The notes beneath the pieces were generated by a model that was not told where the DNA came from, did no database searches, and was given only the letters and a program-made list of their open reading frames with translations. A program made the position numbers and the translations under genes. Shown in pieces: positions 57,570 to 64,000 of a stretch of 64,000 nucleotides of DNA (within the stretch, counting starts at the first letter, position 1; the number at the start of each line of letters is the position of its first letter). This stretch comes from an uncultured Chlamydiae bacterium (GTDB lineage Bacteria; Chlamydiota; Chlamydiia; Chlamydiales; JAJFMA01). The stretch is from contig CAVQMM010000001.1 of assembly GCA_963713615.1 (NCBI GenBank), positions 1,632,001 to 1,696,000 of the forward strand. Reading direction: 5' to 3'.

Positions 57570-59231
57570 TTATGTTGTCTGTTGAACGACAGGGGCAAGA
57601 GCTGCGCTAACAATCGCCTGAGCCTCTTCCTGAATTCGATGTAGGTGCTCTTCTCCATGAAAACTCTCTGCATAAATCTTATAAATATTCTCGGTTCCCG
57701 AAGGCCGAGCCGCAAACCAACCATTATCCGTCTCCACCTTCACACCACCTATAGGAGCGCCATTGCCTGGGGCATTGGTGAGAATTGTGCGGATCTTGTC
57801 TCCTGCAAGTTGCTTTTGATGAATTTGATCGGCCGATAACTTCTTCAGCAGACTTTTTTGCTCCGGAGAGGCTGCTGCCTCAATGCGGCCGTAGGCTGGT
57901 GTGCCAAACTCATGAGTTAAATCGCCATAGATCTCTCCGGGATCTCGGCCCATCCGAGCGGTAATTTCAGCCGCTAACAAGGATGGAATAAATCCATCTT
58001 TGTCTGTGGTCCATACAGATCCGTCCAGTCGCAAGAAGGAGGCTCCCGCACTTTCTTCGCCCCCAAAGCCCAATGAACCTGTGAGTAATCCATCGACAAA
58101 CCACTTAAATCCCACAGGCACTTCATACAGCTTACGCTTGAGTTTTGCAGTGACGCGGTCAATCATCTGGCTGCTTACCAACGTTTTTCCCACAGAAGCT
58201 TCCTTATTCCATTTAGGACGATTCTGGAAAAGATAATGAATAGCCACTGACAGGTAATGGTTGGGGGGCATCAAACCCACGCTCTTAGTAACAATGCCAT
58301 GCCTATCGTGGTCAGTATCGCAGGCAAAGGCAACTTCAAAACGATCTTTTAGACCTATCAAGCGCTGCATAGCGTAAATCGAGGAGGGATCCATGCGAAT
58401 CTGTCCATCCCAATCATAAGTCATAAAACGAAAGGTAGGATCGACAATTTCACTGACAACGGTGAGGTCTAGGCCATATTTCTCAGCTATAGGTCTCCAG
58501 TAATGAACGCCGGCGCCCCCCAATGGGTCCACTCCTAGCTTGATCTTGGAATCGCGAATGATTTTCATATCGATGACATTACCAAGATCGCTCACATAGC
58601 TATTGAGGTAGTTGTGTCGATGAGTTGTTGCTGCCTTAAGAGCCTTGGCTAGAGGGACGCGTCTGATCGCGGCAAAATTTTTACCCATCATCTCATTTGC
58701 CTTGGCTTCTATCCAGCTTGTAACCTCAATATCGGCTGGTCCTCCATTAGGAGGGTTATACTTGAATCCACCATCAGGCGGGGGGTTATGGGATGGCGTT
58801 ATGACAATGCCGTCAGCTAATCCGCTTTTGCGACCGAGATTGTACTTGAGGATGGCATGGGATATTACCGGTGTTGGAGTGTACTCATCCCCTTCAGCAA
58901 GCATCACATCAACACCATTACCAGCCAGAACTTCTAGGGCTGTCACCAGAGCCGGCTCTGAGAGGGCATGCGTATCAATACCAAGATACAGTGGCCCTTC
59001 AATCTTCTGCTGTTGCCGGTAATGGCAGATAGCCTGAGTAATAGCCAGTATGTGCCTTTCGTTGAACGACTTATCAAATGCAGATCCACGGTGCCCTGAG
59101 GTGCCAAAGGATACGCGTTGTGACGGAATCGATGGATCAGGAATTTCAGTGAAATAGGCCGTAATCAGTTTAGGTACATTGACTAATGTAGACGGATCGG
59201 CAGGTTTGCCAGCTAGCGGGCTTACAGACAT
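57570..59231 (-). CDS. pgm: Phosphoglucomutase
   Basis: FGTSGHRG, TPSHNP, DTDHDR, GEESAG and RPSGTE motifs. Confidence 0.97.
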   Translation of the reverse strand: MSVSPLAGKPADPSTLVNVPKLITAYFTEIPDPSIPSQRVSFGTSGHRGSAFDKSFNERHILAITQAICHYRQQQKIEGPLYLGIDTHALSEPALVTALEVLAGNGVDVMLAEGDEYTPTPVISHAILKYNLGRKSGLADGIVITPSHNPPPDGGFKYNPPNGGPADIEVTSWIEAKANEMMGKNFAAIRRVPLAKALKAATTHRHNYLNSYVSDLGNVIDMKIIRDSKIKLGVDPLGGAGVHYWRPIAEKYGLDLTVVSEIVDPTFRFMTYDWDGQIRMDPSSIYAMQRLIGLKDRFEVAFACDTDHDRHGIVTKSVGLMPPNHYLSVAIHYLFQNRPKWNKEASVGKTLVSSQMIDRVTAKLKRKLYEVPVGFKWFVDGLLTGSLGFGGEESAGASFLRLDGSVWTTDKDGFIPSLLAAEITARMGRDPGEIYGDLTHEFGTPAYGRIEAAASPEQKSLLKKLSADQIHQKQLAGDKIRTILTNAPGNGAPIGGVKVETDNGWFAARPSGTENIYKIYAESFHGEEHLHRIQEEAQAIVSAALAPVVQQTT

Positions 59232-59330
59232 TCGGTCCTCCCCTTAGCAAATAAATATTTTCTCATCCTACCACAGTGGCTTTGTTCGTCAAGTCCCGAT
59301 GTAATTCTCCCCCCCTCAGAGAAGTAGGTA

Positions 59331-59432
59331 TTTTCACCACCGAGGCGCATAGAAGCTTGTGGGGCTTTTTTAGGATTTTTACCGCCGAGGCACCGAGACA
59401 CCGAGATAGGAAAGAGAGGTGAGAGGAAGAGG
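59331..59432. repeat. Repeat related to 11905-11990
   Basis: cgcatagaagcttgtggggcttttttaggatttttaccgccgaggc...gagataggaaagagagg is close to the reverse complement of 11910-11990. Confidence 0.75.
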
Positions 59433-59525
59433 AGGGAATCTTTTTACACATACAAAGAAAAGCCCAAATTCGTTATGTGTGGATTGATGGATGGACAACA
59501 ACAAACCCACCTCTAAAGGAGGCCC

Positions 59526-60119
59526 ATGGATAAACCAACCGATATCACACTCGTACCTCATTTCCGTGACATCGATAGCGTCCGGAGGTCATGGGGTCTA
59601 TTTTTTGCATTAGGCATCATCCTGGTCATTCTAGGGTGTCTAGCAATAACCCAAGCGGTGTATGCGACGGTCTTTACGGTCTTCCTGTTTAGTTTTTTGC
59701 TTATTGTCGCAGGTATAGTCCAAATCATACAGGCATTCATGGCGAGGCCATGGAGCGGAATGTTTTTGTCATTGTTCTTAGGCATTCTCTATTTGGCGAC
59801 GGGCATACTATTTGCCTTTAAGCCTGCTGTGGCGGCGATAGCCATAACCTTATGGATTGCCGCTCTCTGCTTCATAGGAGGCATCATGCGCATGGCCACC
59901 TCAGCCTATCTACATTTCCATCATTGGGGTTGGGTGTTCTTTAACGGCTTGGTAACCTTTTGCTTGGGTGTCTTGATCTTTGCCGATTGGCCGATCTCTG
60001 GCCTGTGGGTTATTGGCCTATTTGTCGGTATCGACCTAATATTCACTGGATGGGCGTGGGTAATCCTGTCTCTCGCAGCTCGTAACAATCCTAAACCCGT
60101 CACAACGCCCAGAGGGTAG
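59526..60119 (+). CDS. HdeD/DUF308 membrane protein
   Basis: Six TM segments; WP.SGLWVIGLFVGIDLIFTG motif. Confidence 0.9.
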   Translation: MDKPTDITLVPHFRDIDSVRRSWGLFFALGIILVILGCLAITQAVYATVFTVFLFSFLLIVAGIVQIIQAFMARPWSGMFLSLFLGILYLATGILFAFKPAVAAIAITLWIAALCFIGGIMRMATSAYLHFHHWGWVFFNGLVTFCLGVLIFADWPISGLWVIGLFVGIDLIFTGWAWVILSLAARNNPKPVTTPRG

Positions 60120-60162
60120 ATACAGATACAAAGTTCGTGTGGCTCTTCTTTGCGCCTTTGCG

Positions 60163-61008
60163 TTAAAAAGAGCTACACGAACTTTCCGTGCCCGCAAAGC
60201 TGAACTCCCTCGAATAAGCCTTGACGATAAGGTTACCCTGCTCAAGGGTCACTATAGTATAAATTTCAGGGAAGTTAAGGTGGACCCCTGGACCACAGAT
60301 ATTATCGCCCATGGCGGGACAGGTTACATAGGGAATACCGTCGATAAATTTACAGTGAAAATGGTGTAAGTGTGCCTGAAAGACACCTCGTATAGCGTTG
60401 GAATCGGCAATAGCTTTTCTAATCTCAAACTGGTTTTCGAGAAATAACGACTCCCTAGGAGCATCAAAAGCCTCCACAAAGTAGTTGCCTCTCACATCGT
60501 GATCATCAATCCCACAATGAGTAAACAGCAATGTAGGCACCGAACACTCCTCTAGTAGGATGCCCTTTAGCCATGTCAATTGCTCGTTTGGTAAACGTCT
60601 GATTTGGTGGTTGCCTTTGTCTGCATCTATTCCTAGCCAAACGATCCGTGCTTCACCAAAGTGTAATGCCCCATAACTGCTCTGAAGAAAGCCCGCCCGC
60701 TCCCATTCATATTCGATTAAGGTTGCCGACAGATTTCTGATTTCATGGTTCCCTAGCAAATGTATCACTGGGCAACTCAATCCCTTAAAATGCCGTAAAG
60801 CCTGACGGTAGTTGATGAGATCTACTTCTTTAGAGTCTCGTCTAATAAGATCACCCAAATTGACAATAAGGTCCGGAACATGCAATTCCATGATATCCAG
60901 AAGCACCTGCGGCAAGATACTCTCGGCGAGGTGAGAGGCTGCTCGAAATTTACCTTTATACTCTAATGCCCTTCCAATATGGACATCATTCAGAATTGCT
61001 ATCTTCAT
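60163..61008 (-). CDS. Calcineurin-like metallophosphoesterase
   Basis: DVH, GD, GNHE, H and HLH motifs. Confidence 0.88.
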   Translation of the reverse strand: MKIAILNDVHIGRALEYKGKFRAASHLAESILPQVLLDIMELHVPDLIVNLGDLIRRDSKEVDLINYRQALRHFKGLSCPVIHLLGNHEIRNLSATLIEYEWERAGFLQSSYGALHFGEARIVWLGIDADKGNHQIRRLPNEQLTWLKGILLEECSVPTLLFTHCGIDDHDVRGNYFVEAFDAPRESLFLENQFEIRKAIADSNAIRGVFQAHLHHFHCKFIDGIPYVTCPAMGDNICGPGVHLNFPEIYTIVTLEQGNLIVKAYSREFSFAGTESSCSSF

Positions 61009-61198
61009 ACTACCCTCTTGTCATGGAATTGCCACATAGTAACTCCTCCATCGATAAAACAAACTAAATTTTTCATATATTCTCATATCAATTATTTTTT
61101 GTGAACACCAAAACAGACTCAGATTAAGCTGGTTCTACATTCCTTGAAATTACAACCTCCGAATGCTACAATGGGCAAAACACAGTGTAGGGGGAATT

Positions 61199-62686
61199 AT
61201 GACCTCGTTATTTTATCGCAGCACTATCCGTCTAGGATGCCTACTCGTCATGTCTCTGGGAGCCTTTATCGCATTGGGAGCTACTATGACGGATCGAACA
61301 AATATTCTACCGATCACCACTGATGAAGTGGCCAAGTACGTTCAAACGGTACAAGGCAACCTTGTGAAGACTGTTAATGACCTATCAGCAGTGCCAAGCC
61401 ATGAACGCAATTTCAACAACACATTTAAGCCGTGGTATCGCCAAGCCTCTGACCTATTAGCCTCTCTTGGTACTCTTGACTACATCGGACGCAGCGATCT
61501 CCCCGGCGATGAAGAGGCCATCAAGGGCCTTCAATCAGTAATCACGCAGGTTTACCAAATCCAAGTCCTTGACCCCACCCTTCGAACTTGCCTATTGGAT
61601 TCGGCAAAAAACATCCTAGCAGGCTCTGGCTCCGGTAGTCCGTACGAATACCATCATATTCAATGCTTATTGGAAGACGGAGACAAAATTAAGCAGGCGC
61701 TCTCACCAGAGGAATTGCAAACACTTGATCACCTCCGAACCTTCAATGCCCCACGCCATAAAGAGCCCTTTCTAACCCTGCGAGGTCTGGCCACACCAAA
61801 AACTAACGAAACGTCTGGGAAAACCGCTATCAGCGTTCTTACCCTCAATACCTGCTTCACACCAGGTATGTTGAGCTATGTGCATGGCGGAGTAAAGCCT
61901 TGGAATGAACGCATCATCCCCCTAACGGAGAAAATTCGTTCCACTAATGCCGATGTCGTTTGTCTGCAGGAAGTCTTTGCCGAAGATGCCAGCCACGCCC
62001 TTTACGAAGCGCTCAAAGATGACTATGCCTACTTCTATGGCTCCATCGGACCACGTCCGCTTGGATTTTCTCCAGAGCGAATAGGACAATCCAGTGGTTT
62101 ATTTGTAGCGAGCAAATATGCCATTGAAAGCCCACAATTCACACAATATACGGCCGCGCTAGTACCGATGAATTTTGGTTTCTTCGACTTCATCGTCAAA
62201 GATGGCTCCAGGTCATTGGCACACGTCTACACCACGCATATGCAGGCATTGCATGCTGAAGGAGCCTCTCAGGTGCGCGGCCAACAAATTCAGCAATTTA
62301 TTGACCGCATGACAGCTGATGCTGCTGCATCGCCTCAGCTCCCCCACTTTATGTGCGGAGATCTCAATATCGCTTGGGGCTCAGGCGAACCGGGAGAGGC
62401 CCTCATACGTGCGCACTTTCATGACGCATACAACCACAACCGCACCGACTTAGAACCCTCTCAAACCACTTGGACCGAGTATTTCACTAAGCACTTCTTC
62501 GATAGCCATGCCATTCCCATCGCTGTGGTCGATGAGTCCGGTATTCTTGATTATGCATTGCTCCTCAAGTCTCCCGCTGGACATGAAACACACACAACCC
62601 TAATACGCACCAGCGAGCGCGATGCGCCGGATGAAGTAATTAGTGACCACCATGGACTCTTGACAAGCATCACCGGCAACCCATGA
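61199..62686 (+). CDS. Secreted EEP-family phosphodiesterase (sphingomyelinase C-like) with helical N-domain
   Basis: TLN, LQEVF, SGLFVASKY, TTHMQ, GDLN, LDY and SDH motifs. Confidence 0.85.
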   Translation: MTSLFYRSTIRLGCLLVMSLGAFIALGATMTDRTNILPITTDEVAKYVQTVQGNLVKTVNDLSAVPSHERNFNNTFKPWYRQASDLLASLGTLDYIGRSDLPGDEEAIKGLQSVITQVYQIQVLDPTLRTCLLDSAKNILAGSGSGSPYEYHHIQCLLEDGDKIKQALSPEELQTLDHLRTFNAPRHKEPFLTLRGLATPKTNETSGKTAISVLTLNTCFTPGMLSYVHGGVKPWNERIIPLTEKIRSTNADVVCLQEVFAEDASHALYEALKDDYAYFYGSIGPRPLGFSPERIGQSSGLFVASKYAIESPQFTQYTAALVPMNFGFFDFIVKDGSRSLAHVYTTHMQALHAEGASQVRGQQIQQFIDRMTADAAASPQLPHFMCGDLNIAWGSGEPGEALIRAHFHDAYNHNRTDLEPSQTTWTEYFTKHFFDSHAIPIAVVDESGILDYALLLKSPAGHETHTTLIRTSERDAPDEVISDHHGLLTSITGNP

Positions 62687-63195
62687 AAAAAATCGGTGTC
62701 ATATCGGATACGCATGATCAGGTCAGCTTGATCACCAGGGCAGTGGAACATTTTAATGCCGAAAAGGTTGACTACGTCATTCATTGCGGCGATTGGGTGT
62801 CTCCCTTTATTTTACGCTTTTTCAGCGGATTGACCGCGCCCATGCGTGGCGTCTTTGGCAATAACGACGGCGACAAATTCCGCCATATGCAATACAAACA
62901 TTCGCTAGGTCTCGACCTAGAATACGAAGACCGCTTTTTAGAGCTGGAGCTGGGTGGCCGCAAGATCGCCGTATTTCATGGCGACTATGCGGGCATTGTG
63001 GAGGCTCTGGTGACCTGTGGCAAATATGATGCTGTTTTCCATGGACACACCCATGGACGCATCAATGAGAAGTATGGCAAAACCCTCAGCCTGAATCCTG
63101 GGTCTCTAATGGTTGAAACAAGCCCGGGAATATGCGGAGCCAGCATTGCCGTCTATGACACAACAACTAATACTGGTCGCCACATCCTGTTGTAG
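62683..63195 (+). CDS. YfcE-like metallophosphoesterase
   Basis: SDTHD, HCGD, GNND, HGHTH and NPG motifs. Confidence 0.92.
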   Translation: MKKIGVISDTHDQVSLITRAVEHFNAEKVDYVIHCGDWVSPFILRFFSGLTAPMRGVFGNNDGDKFRHMQYKHSLGLDLEYEDRFLELELGGRKIAVFHGDYAGIVEALVTCGKYDAVFHGHTHGRINEKYGKTLSLNPGSLMVETSPGICGASIAVYDTTTNTGRHILL

Positions 63196-63215
63196 AGATC
63201 ATTTCGGTAAAAAAC

Positions 63216-64000
63216 ATGGACAATGCTTACAAACAAGATTTTATTCGTGCTGGAGCCTTAGCTAGAGAGATACGCGCTTTTGGAAAATCTCTCATCACCC
63301 GCGGAGCTTCCTACAACGATGTCATCAGCCAGATCAATCAAAAAATTTTTGAGCTGGGAGCTCGTCCTGCCTTTCCTCCACAGATAGCCTTGAATGATGT
63401 CGCTGCGCATTTCTTGCCCGAACCAGGACAAAACATCTCCTTCGTAGATCAAGTCGTCAAACTGGACATAGGCGTCAGCTACAAAGGTGCCATCGGTGAT
63501 TGTGCCGTCACGGTCGATCTATCCGGCAAACACCAAGTGCTTGTAGATGCCGCCGAGGCCGCGCTACTGGCCGCAGAGCAAATCATCAAGGTGGGGTTGC
63601 CACTCCGAGAGATAGGCAAGGTGATTGAACAAACAGCACAGTCTTTTGGGCTCTCACCCGTTAGAAACCTTTGTGGACATGGCCTGGGAAGGTTTAAAAT
63701 TCACACCAGCCCAACAATTCCCAACTGTGACAACAAATCCACAGCTCTCATTAGACCTGGAATGACTTTTGCCATTGAACCCTTTGTGAGCACCGGTATA
63801 GGGATGATTTATGAAACCGGCGCACCAACCATTTTTGGCTTTGTGGCGGAACGCAGGGTACGCTCAGAACTCGCTCGAACCCTATTGGCAAAGATAGCGA
63901 GCTTTGATCGATTACCCTTTGCCATACATGCTTTAGTCACTCCTGAGCTACCTTTAGCCACTGTACGACATGGCCTCGACGAACTGCTGAAAGCAAATGC
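63216..64000 (+). CDS. map: Type II methionine aminopeptidase (runs off the window end)
   Basis: Translated by hand: PAFPPQIALNDVAAHF, KLDIG...G.IGDCAVT, NLCGHGL, IH, AIEPF and the start of the type II helical insert (LPFA). Confidence 0.9.
   Translation, partial: MDNAYKQDFIRAGALAREIRAFGKSLITRGASYNDVISQINQKIFELGARPAFPPQIALNDVAAHFLPEPGQNISFVDQVVKLDIGVSYKGAIGDCAVTVDLSGKHQVLVDAAEAALLAAEQIIKVGLPLREIGKVIEQTAQSFGLSPVRNLCGHGLGRFKIHTSPTIPNCDNKSTALIRPGMTFAIEPFVSTGIGMIYETGAPTIFGFVAERRVRSELARTLLAKIASFDRLPFAIHALVTPELPLATVRHGLDELLKAN

Overview
Bacterial chromosomal window, most consistent with an environmental member of Chlamydiota (inferred from Cys-rich outer-membrane barrels, an SycD/LcrH T3SS chaperone, a chlamydial-type NhaD and effector-like ORFs). 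It holds about 55 CDS. Housekeeping and metabolic genes include mutM, copA, aceBA, glgP, pgm, an acyl-CoA dehydrogenase and rRNA methyltransferases. Eukaryote/archaea-like genes include an ATAD3-like ATPase, a type II MetAP, a SEL1-repeat protein and a sphingomyelinase-like EEP. Two structures stand out. (1) At 45.65-51.1 kb there is a multi-level nested mobile-element stack: a 432-bp MITE contains a ~305-bp CAT-ended MITE, and each of that MITE's two REP-like hairpins was hit at the same 8-bp site by an identical IS66 copy with fused TnpA-TnpB, in opposite orientations. Empty versions of both MITEs lie elsewhere in the window, so every target duplication can be read directly. (2) At 5.2-11.4 kb an SycD/LcrH chaperone sits upstream of a tandemly duplicated pair of ~730-aa Gly/Ser/Ala/Thr-rich proteins with a PxLxxP motif and doubled glycine-zipper segments, which are candidate atypical T3SS translocators. 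Intergenic DNA is dense in several families of MITE/REP-like palindromes. No rRNA, tRNA or CRISPR array was seen. All protein calls come from motif recognition by eye; no database search was run.
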